Source: a virus
Virus record (IMG/VR): IMGVR_UViG_3300018933_000001
Span: 1 to 64,000 of that record
Strand: one strand, 5' to 3'
DNA: 64,000 nt
A program made the translations under genes and the position numbers. Shown piece after piece: positions 1-10,500 of the stretch (positions within the stretch are counted from its first letter, which is position 1; the number at the start of each line of letters is the position of its first letter). Under the pieces are notes generated by a model. It was given only the letters and a program-made list of their open reading frames with translations. It searched no databases and was not told the origin of the DNA.

Positions 1-248
1 ATTATTCTATTAGGTTCAGTAACTATAGGAGATAGACCACTATAAGTACCATAATTTCCAACACTAAAATTAGTAGTAGAAGTATTGGTAAAAACAGTAA
101 AGTTAACAGATACTCCAACTCCTAATAAAGAGGGATTGTCTGTAGATTCTAAGGTAACTCCTAAAGGTAAATCGTCTGACCTTGGAACAATAGAACCAGA
201 AAGAGGATTATCTTTCCATTCTCTATAAGTAGAGACTTTAATGCTCAT
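1..248 (-). CDS. Partial ORF running off the window start (MSIKVSTYREWKDNP...), probable virion structural protein
   Basis: ATG at 248 overlaps the stop of the upstream gene; frame is open to position 1; beta-rich composition; lies in the head operon. Confidence 0.6.
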   Translation of the reverse strand, partial: MSIKVSTYREWKDNPLSGSIVPRSDDLPLGVTLESTDNPSLLGVGVSVNFTVFTNTSTTNFSVGNYGTYSGLSPIVTEPNRI

Positions 249-670
249 GTTAAATAGAAACTTCCTGTATCTGTATATTTGGATATATTAGTTGTAGTTT
301 TCACGGAGATATCTAATTCGTAAACTATATTGTGAACTCTGCTAGAAAAATCTAATCCTTTAGCTTGATATAAAGTAGCAATATCTGAACCGTTAATGTA
401 AAGAATTGCTTTAATATCTTCTTGTTTAATTATAGGAAAGACAAAGCTAGTATTATCGTATTGCTTAAGAACTAATCCTGTGAGTTGGTGTATTAATTTA
501 AACGTCAGCCCTATATTATTTATTTTAATAGGTTCGCTAACACTAATATCTATTACTACTGGAATTGTATCTTTAGTAGAATGACTAGAGTTTTTAAGAT
601 ACACATAAGGTTTTTCTACAGTAGAATCTTTAACTACTTGAAGAGTTGTAACTTTAGATTTGATTAGCAT
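245..670 (-). CDS. Hypothetical virion-associated protein (likely start ATG 670 rather than 706)
   Basis: ORF track; position downstream of the capsid genes. Confidence 0.55.
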   Translation of the reverse strand: MLIKSKVTTLQVVKDSTVEKPYVYLKNSSHSTKDTIPVVIDISVSEPIKINNIGLTFKLIHQLTGLVLKQYDNTSFVFPIIKQEDIKAILYINGSDIATLYQAKGLDFSSRVHNIVYELDISVKTTTNISKYTDTGSFYLT

Positions 671-745
671 GAGTAATAAAAATAAAAAGTATAGTCCTTC
701 TACCAAACTATACTTATTTAATAACTAAATTTAGTAGAAGTAGTA

Positions 746-1198
746 TTACTCTTCAGTTGATCCGTATTTAAAATGAAAATCTGCCCAAGTTTTACCTAAA
801 GGAGGCTTAACTCTAGTATTTAAATCTGCCATGCTTTCATAAGGTCTACTAGCAATAATTAAGGTCGCTGTCTTCTCTGCAATTCCTTTAATATTTTTAA
901 TATCTTCTAAAGAAGCAGTATTAATATCTAATCTAGAAATAATAGTTGGAGTAGGTTCTACAAAATTAGAAACTAAAGGAGTAGGATTGTCTTGAGTAGG
1001 ATTTAAATGTCGAACTTCTTGTTCGGGATTAACAGATTTAGATACTGCAACATGAGTTTCAACATCTATCACCGTTACTAATGTAGGATCTTTAACTATC
1101 TTCTCTGGTAAATCCCCCTCATCATAAGGAGTAGTTCTAGCCCAATGAAGATTACCACTTGGGTCGCGAACAGTTTTGTGCAAAATATACTTTTTCAT
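746..1198 (-). CDS. Helix-hairpin-helix (ComEA-like) DNA-binding domain protein
   Basis: C-terminal LDINTASLEDIKNIKGIAEKTATLIIASRPYESMADL matches the ComEA HhH pattern. Confidence 0.8.
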   Translation of the reverse strand: MKKYILHKTVRDPSGNLHWARTTPYDEGDLPEKIVKDPTLVTVIDVETHVAVSKSVNPEQEVRHLNPTQDNPTPLVSNFVEPTPTIISRLDINTASLEDIKNIKGIAEKTATLIIASRPYESMADLNTRVKPPLGKTWADFHFKYGSTEE

Positions 1199-1200
1199 AA

Positions 1201-2373
1201 TTAGTTCATTGTCTGAGCCATTAAAAGCTTAGGATTCATAACGATAGGAATAAAACTAGCAATAGTCGTCACTACATCATTTTCCGGGTCAGTATTTTCA
1301 CTACGAATCTTTAAATAGATACCTGCTTTAGGATTGGGAACATCCTTACTTGTACCTCCACCCATAATATTAGTCTTAGACTCCATAGTTGGGCCGATAG
1401 CAGAGATTCCCATATTCTCCTTCATAAAGACAATTCGGTTATCGTTAAGATAATTAACAGTAACCATCTCACCGTTAGGAAGTTCTTCTTGGTACTTCTC
1501 ACCAAAGATGGTAACTTTAGGTAGTTCACGACGTTCTAGTAGAGTTTTAGCCATATCAGTAGAAACAAGACCAATTTCAGAAGTAGTCATTGCACGAGCA
1601 GCATCCTTGGTACTCTTCTGATCTAAAAAGTGATTCCACAACTTTCTAGACATTACGATTTCATCAGGCATAAAACCATTAGTATCATAATAAAGGTCTA
1701 CTAATGTTTGGATATTGCGAAGTCCTTGAGCGTTGTTATAATCACTCCAACGATTAAGAGTAGGTTCAACAGTATTACCAGTAGCAATAAGAGGAACAGG
1801 GAAATGGTTATAAGGTGCATCTGCCTTCTTATAATCAATCTCAAATTTAGCTCCAGTAGCCATATCTTCAATAGATAATGCTCCGGTACTAGCAGCTTGC
1901 CACTTCATCATATCCATCCGGTCAACCATACCATCTAATAGATGTTGAACGTCACCAAACAAAGTAGTAGCCAAATCGTTGTTAGCGCCACGTTGAACAG
2001 TTCCGTCTGGCTTATGAATAGTTTGGATATTGCGCCACATATAATTAGCTAATTTGTAAGCTTCATATAAGTCCCACATATCATGCTCGTCATATCTACG
2101 ACGTTGAGCCAATTTAACTAATTGAGCTGCTACTTTTTCAAAGCTACCATGAGAAGTAACTGGGATTTCAGCACCCCAAGCAACAACTCTTGCAGCAGGA
2201 GCAACTCTACTCGTTAGCATTCCCATAAAGTTCCTAGTCTCAAATGTTTGAGTTGGGAAATACTTATCTATCAGCTTATCTCGTTTTAAAAGATGGCTTT
2301 CTGTTTCATCAACCAAAGCGTTTAATTGCTTGTTGATAAAAGGTTCATTGAAAAAACTTGCTACGTAACTCAT
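1201..2373 (-). CDS. Major capsid protein (lambda gpE-like, HK97 fold)
   Basis: 390 aa; ARVVAWGAEIP, RMDMMKWQAASTG and PDEIVMSRKLW resemble gpE-family capsids; synteny after protease, scaffold and decoration genes. Confidence 0.85.
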   Translation of the reverse strand: MSYVASFFNEPFINKQLNALVDETESHLLKRDKLIDKYFPTQTFETRNFMGMLTSRVAPAARVVAWGAEIPVTSHGSFEKVAAQLVKLAQRRRYDEHDMWDLYEAYKLANYMWRNIQTIHKPDGTVQRGANNDLATTLFGDVQHLLDGMVDRMDMMKWQAASTGALSIEDMATGAKFEIDYKKADAPYNHFPVPLIATGNTVEPTLNRWSDYNNAQGLRNIQTLVDLYYDTNGFMPDEIVMSRKLWNHFLDQKSTKDAARAMTTSEIGLVSTDMAKTLLERRELPKVTIFGEKYQEELPNGEMVTVNYLNDNRIVFMKENMGISAIGPTMESKTNIMGGGTSKDVPNPKAGIYLKIRSENTDPENDVVTTIASFIPIVMNPKLLMAQTMN

Positions 2374-2398
2374 ATTTTTATCTATTTATTATTTGTTA

Positions 2399-3232
2399 TT
2401 AAGACCATACATCGCGAGCTTCAAGGTCAGGACATTCATACATGAGGTTATTGTCATAATAAGGTAAATGTCTCTTATACAAATAAGCTTTATCTACAAT
2501 TCCTAAAATCTGACCAGTAACTCCACCAGGAGTAAAGTCAATTGAATGAGGAAATATACCTAAAACCTCATCTTGAGGAACCCCAATAGAAGAACCTACT
2601 GGTAAAGTACCTACAACAGCACTTCCTAAAACAATTTCTTCTGTTAACGGGTCAATAGAACTTACAGTACCTACAGGAACAGTATTAGCAGCCGTAGTAG
2701 TAACAGTAGAACCTAAAGTACCAGAAGGAGTAAAAGTAATCAGCGGGCGTCCAGCAGGAGAATAAGCATAAAGGCTAGCTCCAGCATTTACGAACTCCAA
2801 ATCTTTGTTAAGAGAAGGAATACGATTAAACTCTGCTGCTAAAATTGCTGCTGCTTCAGTTGCGTTAGCTGCCCCAACAGGAGTAAATTTAAAAGTCTGG
2901 TTATTGTAAGTAATTCCAGCTTCTCCTACCCCAGAGACGGTTAACATTGCAGAAGGGTTGAGAATTTGCAGTACATCTCCTTGAACAAAACAATAAGGAT
3001 TAGCTATTTTAATTCGATTAGCACTTGTAGGAGCAGTTACTCTGCCACGAGGAAGAAACCGCCATTCTCCATTTTTCTTAGAAACAAACATTCCTTCAGG
3101 TAAAGCATATTTACCATCTTTGTTTCGGCTGATATATTTGTTATTTAATGAAACGTGATAAGGAACTCGAATACCACGAGGGTAAACAATAATTGCCTTA
3201 TCTGCTTGAACTTTACCGTATCTTGTAAACAT
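2399..3232 (-). CDS. Capsid decoration/cement protein
   Basis: Between scaffold and MCP; beta-rich; DGKYALPEGMFV and AYLYKRHLP resemble head decoration proteins. Confidence 0.6.
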   Translation of the reverse strand: MFTRYGKVQADKAIIVYPRGIRVPYHVSLNNKYISRNKDGKYALPEGMFVSKKNGEWRFLPRGRVTAPTSANRIKIANPYCFVQGDVLQILNPSAMLTVSGVGEAGITYNNQTFKFTPVGAANATEAAAILAAEFNRIPSLNKDLEFVNAGASLYAYSPAGRPLITFTPSGTLGSTVTTTAANTVPVGTVSSIDPLTEEIVLGSAVVGTLPVGSSIGVPQDEVLGIFPHSIDFTPGGVTGQILGIVDKAYLYKRHLPYYDNNLMYECPDLEARDVWS

Positions 3233-3251
3233 ATTTATTTCTCTCTATTAG

Positions 3252-4280
3252 TTATTTAAAACGACGAAAAGCAGGATTTTCTTTTAACTTCTCAATCTGC
3301 AAGCGAGCTAATTCATCTTCTGCACTGTTAGCCGGAGTAATATCTTCAGTAACATAAGAACTAAAATTAACTCGTTCACCACATTCCTCATCTGCTTTAA
3401 GAGAGAAGAGAACTGCGTAAAGTTGAGTTGCTAAATCTACTTTGTTTGCGTTAGCTGTTTTAGAAAATGCTGCTACTCGGTCTTCATCTTTATCAAATGA
3501 ACCTAAAAGCAAGTCGTATTTAGCTCGGGACAACCAACGCTCGTCAAGACCTTGTTTAGCAAATTCTGCAATAGAGTTAAGCTTTTGTTTAAGAGCATTA
3601 GTACGTTCAATGTCAGCCATCTTAAACTCTAATTCTTGAACTCTTGGGTCAACTGCTGAATAATTAGCTTCTGGTTTATCTTCTTCATCCGATTCCTCAT
3701 CATCTAACTCTTCATCTTCGTCGTCTTCCTCATAGCCCTCATCTCCTTCTTTTAGCTCTTCTTCAGTAGTATCCCCACGTTCCAAAGCACCCATAAGTTG
3801 AAGACCTAAAGCAGCTTCCGGGTCAGTAGCAGTTTCCTCAAACATTCCGTTAAGAATATCAATAAACTCGGGAGAAGCTTCTAACTTACCAGCTAAGAAA
3901 TCTTCTAGTTCTTCTTCATCAATTTCTGTGGCATCTATAATATCTTGGAAAGCCTCATCTCGGTCTTCGTAATGATTATCAATTAGTTCCATTACTGCGG
4001 GAACTAAATAGAGACTTGCTGTACTAAAATTTGCGTAATTGTTGTTCATAGAATAGTTTTGTTCTTCTTCAGTATCATCTTCGGTAAAATCATCTAAATT
4101 GTCTTTTGTGAGTCCTCTCAATTCAGCTAAAGCTAATTCAAGTTCAGCTAAAGTTTGAGTTTTTAAATCTATTAACTCATCTTCAGAAATCTCTTCGTTT
4201 GTATAAGCTTCTTCTAAAGAGTCAATTGTCTCACTGTAAAGATTTACATATTCAATTTCTTGTTCTTTTAATTTACTCAT
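3252..4280 (-). CDS. Capsid scaffolding protein
   Basis: Very acidic and helical; between protease and capsid genes. Confidence 0.65.
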   Translation of the reverse strand: MSKLKEQEIEYVNLYSETIDSLEEAYTNEEISEDELIDLKTQTLAELELALAELRGLTKDNLDDFTEDDTEEEQNYSMNNNYANFSTASLYLVPAVMELIDNHYEDRDEAFQDIIDATEIDEEELEDFLAGKLEASPEFIDILNGMFEETATDPEAALGLQLMGALERGDTTEEELKEGDEGYEEDDEDEELDDEESDEEDKPEANYSAVDPRVQELEFKMADIERTNALKQKLNSIAEFAKQGLDERWLSRAKYDLLLGSFDKDEDRVAAFSKTANANKVDLATQLYAVLFSLKADEECGERVNFSSYVTEDITPANSAEDELARLQIEKLKENPAFRRFK

Positions 4281-4525
4281 TATTTTTTCTTAAGTAATCC
4301 GTAAGCAGCACCAGCACTTAAACCCCCTACAATAGCTGCTCTTTGAATAGTAGGAGCTTTTTTGTTCTTATTTTTCTTTAGTTTACCTTTAGAAAGAATA
4401 GGAACTTTTGCATCTGCTTCCCCTGCTAAATAACTCAAGCTATAACCCAATGCACCGCCAGCACTAGCACTTTTAGCAGCATTAGTAAACATCTTTCTTG
4501 GGCCTAAAGGTAATCTAGGTTTCAT
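4280..4525 (-). CDS. Small basic Gly/Ala-rich protein, putative internal head protein
   Basis: Lys-rich with two GxxxG-type hydrophobic helices; head operon. Confidence 0.5.
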   Translation of the reverse strand: MKPRLPLGPRKMFTNAAKSASAGGALGYSLSYLAGEADAKVPILSKGKLKKNKNKKAPTIQRAAIVGGLSAGAAYGLLKKK

Positions 4526-4533
4526 TGTAAATA

Positions 4534-4989
4534 TTACTTGGAGTATTGACCGCGTTTCTTACCTTTATCGGAGCGCATCTTACGAGCCATTGCAACTCCA
4601 GCAGCACCTAATGCACCAGCAGCAGCCAAACCCACCCCCACTTTATTTTTAGCAATAAACTTTCCAGCGCTAGATAAACTATTTTTAGCTTTAGCACCAT
4701 AGTATTGACGTTTTCCAGCAGCAGCATCTTTAGCTTTACCAAAGAATCCTTTCTTTTGTTGTGGGCCTACTAACGGTTGTGGGCCAAAAGGTGTAGGTGT
4801 ACTAGCAGCTCTACCTTGCCTTGCCATTGCATTTTGTCGAACTACTTTACTTTCCTGAGCGTTACCTCTAGCAACAGCCCTTTCCCGAATAGATTTACTA
4901 TCTGCGTTAGGCTTGGCTTTTTCACTTCTGTTGCGACCACCAGCAAAATTAGCGTAACCTTTACTGTAATCTGAGTTTAAAAATTTCAT
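4534..4989 (-). CDS. Basic putative internal head/ejection protein
   Basis: Short leader ending YANFA, highly basic body, C-terminal GVGLAAAGALGAAGVAM helix. Confidence 0.55.
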   Translation of the reverse strand: MKFLNSDYSKGYANFAGGRNRSEKAKPNADSKSIRERAVARGNAQESKVVRQNAMARQGRAASTPTPFGPQPLVGPQQKKGFFGKAKDAAAGKRQYYGAKAKNSLSSAGKFIAKNKVGVGLAAAGALGAAGVAMARKMRSDKGKKRGQYSK

Positions 4990-5013
4990 AAGTTTCTTTG
5001 TAATTAATATTAT

Positions 5014-6255
5014 TTAGGGAGCTTTATAACCAGGGGGAAGTGCTGGACCTTTACCTCTAAAAGTGGATTTGACTCCAAACTTCTGTCTTTGATTTTGTTG
5101 TTTAACTAACTGTTTCTTTCTAAGTCGTAAACCTGTAGTAGCATTTTCAACTCCACCCGTAAAAGTATTTTTTACTCTAAGAGCAGCATTACCTACACTT
5201 TTAAGCTTACCTCTTGTAGCATTTCCAATCTTGCTAGCTAATTGACCTCCAATTTGACCCACTGATTTACCCGTTACATTTCTATTTCTAAGCTGTTTAA
5301 ATGCTCCAGAAATAGCTTGACGATAACCAAATTCAGCAGTGTAGCCTTGTCCAGTATAGAACATTGCTATTTCATCTGGAGAACTAAATTTGCGAGTAGG
5401 AGCAGTTGGTCTAGAAGGAGTAACAGGGGCAGTTGGCGGAGTTTCTTCTTCTGGGGGCATTCCTAAGAACATATCTCCTAATCTAACACTTAAATCGTCA
5501 ATAGCAGCTTGAATAACTTCTGAAGGGTCTTGAATCCCCATTGAAGCCATTTCTTCTTCATCTATCTCATTAGCACTTTCTATTACTTCTAGAAATGCAG
5601 TGAAGACTTTAAGAGCTTCCTCTCTTTGCTGTTCTATTGTTTGAGAGGCACTCATCGCTTCATCAATAGATAATGCGTAGTTACTCTCTTTAGGCAATAA
5701 TAGATAATTTTTCTTGTTTCGTTTCATGTTGCCTTTTCTTTGGTTTTGATTCTGATAGCTAAACAAAGTAGCATTAGCAATAGCAGGTAAAGCAACTAAT
5801 GAAAGCTCTTTAATAGAAAAAGAATCTAAGTCAATTCCTGCACTTACAGATTTAGCTAAGCCTTGATTCATCTTCTCAATAATTTCAGAAGATTTAATCT
5901 TTACATCATTTACAAATACTCCAACTCGACCCAACAAATGTTTTAGCTTTGGATTACCTTTAGTATAGTCTTCAGTAATAACTTTGGCTTCTAAAGGACT
6001 TTCAATAAATCCAACTACATTATTAACATTCTTTTGATGTTCAGTAAGAACTGGAATTCCCAACTCAGTAGTTTCAAAGTGTTTATTAGTATTTTCTACT
6101 AACTTGATAACTTTATCTGGTGGAAAATCATGAGCAACTTTTCTACTATCTACATGAGGACTTTCATCAGTAGTAGAGTAAAATATCAGACCTTTTTTAA
6201 TAGTTTCGTTTGCGGTATCTTTTAGAGGTAACGCATTAAAGTGGATTGTTGTCAT
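5014..6255 (-). CDS. Prohead maturation protease with acidic middle and basic C-terminal extension
   Basis: VLTEH...VVG (His), SVSAG (Ser) and IKELSLVALPAIANA motifs of caudoviral prohead proteases. Confidence 0.8.
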   Translation of the reverse strand: MTTIHFNALPLKDTANETIKKGLIFYSTTDESPHVDSRKVAHDFPPDKVIKLVENTNKHFETTELGIPVLTEHQKNVNNVVGFIESPLEAKVITEDYTKGNPKLKHLLGRVGVFVNDVKIKSSEIIEKMNQGLAKSVSAGIDLDSFSIKELSLVALPAIANATLFSYQNQNQRKGNMKRNKKNYLLLPKESNYALSIDEAMSASQTIEQQREEALKVFTAFLEVIESANEIDEEEMASMGIQDPSEVIQAAIDDLSVRLGDMFLGMPPEEETPPTAPVTPSRPTAPTRKFSSPDEIAMFYTGQGYTAEFGYRQAISGAFKQLRNRNVTGKSVGQIGGQLASKIGNATRGKLKSVGNAALRVKNTFTGGVENATTGLRLRKKQLVKQQNQRQKFGVKSTFRGKGPALPPGYKAP

Positions 6256-6322
6256 AGTTTCTTTATATCATTTAATTTCATGCTACTATATTTTTATACT
6301 TTGGTAATTCTTATAGAGAATA

Positions 6323-6529
6323 ATGTTTCATTTAAATATAAACGAAAGATTTGGCAATAAGTTAAAAGAATATCGCTACAAGCACAATATGTCTCAGTAT
6401 GCTTTAGGAAAATTGCTTAGTTATACTCAAGCAGAAATATCTAAAGTAGAAAATGGAAAGAGAGATATCAGTATTAGTAAGTTTGTGTATATTAAAACAG
6501 TTTTAGACTTAATAGATTTCACCTTATGA
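6323..6529 (+). CDS. XRE-family helix-turn-helix regulator
   Basis: LKEYRYKHNMSQYALGKLLSYTQAEISKVENGKR is a canonical HTH_3. Confidence 0.9.
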   Translation: MFHLNINERFGNKLKEYRYKHNMSQYALGKLLSYTQAEISKVENGKRDISISKFVYIKTVLDLIDFTL

Positions 6530-7588
6530 TTTCTTTTTAGAAAATAATTCATTAGCAGTTCTAATAGTAGTTTTAGCAGTATTATTAATATCAGGTTTAG
6601 ACCAGTAAGAATATCCACTATGATAAACCTGCATTGCATAGAACTTATCCTTCTGCATTTTCTCTAGCTTTTCTTTATCTACTAAACTCTCAATTGTACC
6701 TTTTGGGGATCTAACCCACTGTGTATTCTTTTTATTTATAGATACATTAGAAAAAGGATCGTCAGAGTGCATAACATATTTAGTTTCTACAATGTCATCT
6801 ACTAATCCGTAATTAGGACTTCCAACACCTAACATTTTTATTTTTTGAGCAGGTACTCCCGCATTTACTAATATATGAGAAGTGTCTCTAGCTATCATAC
6901 CTCCTGCACTTTGAGTAATAAAATGAATATCTTTGTCAGGGTTTAGTTTGTACCACTCAAATATTTCTTGAGCAATACCTTTAGCATCTTCGCTCTCTCC
7001 TTTAACAGCTCCTTTTCTAGCAAAGTTTAATATGTCTTCTTTGATATCCATCTTACCTGCTGCATTTCTAGCTGCAACCATCTCAGTGTAACCCGTTGGA
7101 ATAATTTCTGTTTTTTTTAATAAATCTCTGTTTGTATTTTTTAATCCAAATTGAATCGGCCCCGTCATTTTAGCACCTGCTTCAAACAACTCTTCTTGTT
7201 TTGATAACCCAGGAAATACAAAAGTCATAGAATCTTTTTTATCTCCTAAAGATTTAGGTGGGGAGTAGTTTCTTAAATCAGTTCTCATTCTAACAGTATT
7301 TTTACCTGCTGCCATTTGTTTCCCTAACTTAATTAAATTACTATTATATTTCAACTTAACTACCGCAGCTCCAGCAAGTCCTACTCCTAATAATCCTCCC
7401 AATGTAGCGAGACTTCCAACAGCAACTTTTTTAGCTAACTCACTCTTTTCATTCTTGATATTGACTTTCTGATTTCTGTCAAATGCTCTAACTACTTTTC
7501 CCTTTCTAACAAAGCTCTTTACTTTTACATCTTTCTTAGTTTTTTGTACTTGACCTGCAAACGTAATAAACGTATCTCTTATTTCCAT
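6524..7588 (-). CDS. Alpha/beta-hydrolase (lipase/esterase-like) with basic N-terminus and hydrophobic anchor; probable virion protein
   Basis: FVFPG, nucleophile elbow HFITQSAGG, GVGSP, HSDDP and a late His; TM-like segment at about aa 55-78. Confidence 0.65.
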   Translation of the reverse strand: MEIRDTFITFAGQVQKTKKDVKVKSFVRKGKVVRAFDRNQKVNIKNEKSELAKKVAVGSLATLGGLLGVGLAGAAVVKLKYNSNLIKLGKQMAAGKNTVRMRTDLRNYSPPKSLGDKKDSMTFVFPGLSKQEELFEAGAKMTGPIQFGLKNTNRDLLKKTEIIPTGYTEMVAARNAAGKMDIKEDILNFARKGAVKGESEDAKGIAQEIFEWYKLNPDKDIHFITQSAGGMIARDTSHILVNAGVPAQKIKMLGVGSPNYGLVDDIVETKYVMHSDDPFSNVSINKKNTQWVRSPKGTIESLVDKEKLEKMQKDKFYAMQVYHSGYSYWSKPDINNTAKTTIRTANELFSKKKS

Positions 7589-10500
7589 AAAACAAAGTCT
7601 CTTATATCTGGTAACAACAATATCTTTTCAGACATCTCTTTACTTATAATACTATCATCTCCGTATTGAGAGAACTTAATAGAACTATCTGCTATACTCA
7701 CATCAAAACTACTTAACTTAGATAACATCTCTTCAGTTTCTTCTAAGTAAGATTGGTAAGTATTCCTAATTGTCACTATGTTGCTTACTTCTTCGTATTT
7801 TTTCTTAATGTCCGCTAGTTGTTTCTTATCCCACAGACCTTGACTGTAAGAATAACTCTTATCTACCTTACTCTGAATCTCTGACCTATATAGATTAACA
7901 AAATTATCTAACTCAGTATCAGTAGTAGGTAACTTCCTTAACTCTTGAGATATAATTTTTTGTTGTTCTACTACTTTCTTTATATAAGTCTCTTGAGTAT
8001 CTATTAGTAGGGTTCTATCTATGTTACTCCCATTACTTAATCTAGTCGTACTAATAGACCTAATAGTTTCTTTAGTAGTAGATAAGTTATTAAGTTCCTT
8101 CTTTACTTCATCTATATTAGTTACTACTTTATCTAATGTCCTTATGTTAGGAGTAGTTAAGTTACTTGTTTCTAATGCCCTATACTTGTTAGCTAATTCA
8201 GTAGCTTTCTGTTTAGTATCTATTCCATCTAAGGTAGAATCTAACACTTTACTCTCAATACTTACTTTATCTAATAATCCTTTCTTCTCTAATGCAAGGT
8301 TATCACGTATATTTTTTAGTTGAGTATCTGTAAAGGTTAAAGCATTTCGACTTCTAACACTACTTAAAGCATCTTCTAAAGTCACATTAGTAGGTAAGCT
8401 ATTTCTATTTCGTAATATCTGCCTGTTAGCATCTACTGATATTTGAGACTGAACATTATTTACTGTACTCTTAAAATTACGTGTATTATTTAGATGTTTA
8501 GTAATAAGGTTGTTATATCTATCTCTTGCAGTTATATAAGATTTATAAGTAGCTTGTCTTGTCTCTAATGGAACTGACTTATCATACATAATACTTCTTA
8601 ACCTGTAATGTTCATCTCTTGCAGTAATAACAGGTTTTAAGTTCTGAACATACTCAGGTATCTCCTCAACTACTTGATTAAATGTCTGCTTCTTAGTAGA
8701 TAAGGTTACGTAAGGTTTATTGCTAACTACTTCATCTATATCATCAACTACTTCTACTAATTCAGGCTCAAGGTTAGTAGGTAATTTCAAAGGTATGCGT
8801 AAGAGAGTCTTAGTAGTATCTTCTATTGCTTTAAATGCTTCATTGCTAACATCTAAAACTTCTTTAGTATCTCGTATTTGTTTCTCAGTGAGTTTAAGAG
8901 GTAATTTAACTAAAGGTCTATCTAATATACTATTAACTGCATTAGTAGCATTAGTAGTCACACTCTGAACTACTTCCTTTACTCCTTCTAATATCTTAGG
9001 TACTTGTATCTTATTTTTACCAAACTTACTATAAGCTAGATAAACTCCTGCAACTGATAATAGCCCAATTCCAGATAATATAAGTGAGTCATCAATACTA
9101 GGTACTAACCCTTTCTTTCCACCTTCACCATCTACTCCTACTAAATAGCACCAGCAAGAGACATGGAAAGGAGGAGCAATAGAGTATTTACCTTCCATTT
9201 CTCCATATTTAGTAGATACTTTACCCTGATATAAGGACTTAATATCTAATGGAGGCTCTTTAGCTCTACCTACACAATGAGCGCATAAGATAGGCATATA
9301 TTGTTCGCTGTTTTTAGCTCTATAAGCTTTTGGTATATTTCCAAAACTAGATAAAGCTCTTTGCCTGTTAACTACGTTCTCAGCTTCATTAGTTATCTTT
9401 ACTCTTGTATAACCTAATTCTTCTAATTTCTTGAGACGACCAATGTTATAAGCTATTGATATTTCAGTCTCAGCTATTCTCTTAATTCTATTAAGATTGC
9501 GATTATCTACTAACAAGCTCTCTAATTCTTCTCTTGTCCTGTACTTAGTAGCTTTATTATCCCATGCACCTTCAACATACTCATTTCCTTTCTTAGCGGG
9601 ATGAGTCTCTCTATATTTAATAGAATCAATGATAGGTTTAATAGAACTACTGTACTTAGTTACTTTATTATTTAACTCACTAACTAACTGATTAACCAAG
9701 TCCTCAAATAAAGTACCTTTACTACTTCTTTTAATATTACTTAGTTCCTTCTTACTAGATTCTCTACTCATGTATTCATATACAGACTTGTCGCTTCTAC
9801 CTAAGTTACTAATAAATGATTTTAGGTTATCTGCTGCACTTCTATCTTTAGTAGATAACTTATCCTTACTTCTAATAAGACTTCTGATTCTAGCTTGTTC
9901 ATCTTTACTATTTTTATTAGTAGTAGACTTAGTTAGTGAATCAAATAGAGTAGATTCTCTAGTATTAGGTCTACTTTCATTACTAAAATATTTCTTAATA
10001 GAATCTACAATACCTCTCTTATAATCACTTGCAAAGCTCTTACCGAGTAACAAAGTCCTCTTATTCTGATATATAGTTCCAAATTCACTTGAGTTAAGGA
10101 TATCTATACTATATTCTTTCGGTTCTAATGACTTACTTACTTCATCTATTCTTACTTCCATTACTCGAATAGTTTCTTGTAAATCACGAATTCTAACCTC
10201 AATAGATTTAAATTGTTTAGATACTGAGTTAGGTTTCTTCTCATTAACTTGTCCTAAGAACTGCTGAAGCTCGCTACTATAGCTCTTGAGGATATTTCTA
10301 ATGTCTCTTACCTCTTCATCATCAGGAGTATCTTTACTTAACTGATTATTTAGCCTCTTCTGCTCTCTTGTTACCTTCTTATTAATACTTTGAAGTCTTC
10401 TCTTTTCTTCATTTAGTTCTACTATCTTTTGAGCAGGATTATCGTTAGTAGCAAAAGTAATTAAACTATCTCCCTTACTAAACTTACTTGACTTCCTCTT

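Noticed and set aside
3442-10024. Antisense ORFs at 3442, 4777, 6427, 8021, 8720 and 9770
   Set aside because: Shadows of well-supported genes on the other strand; low-complexity Leu/Ser or Phe-rich translations; no RBS
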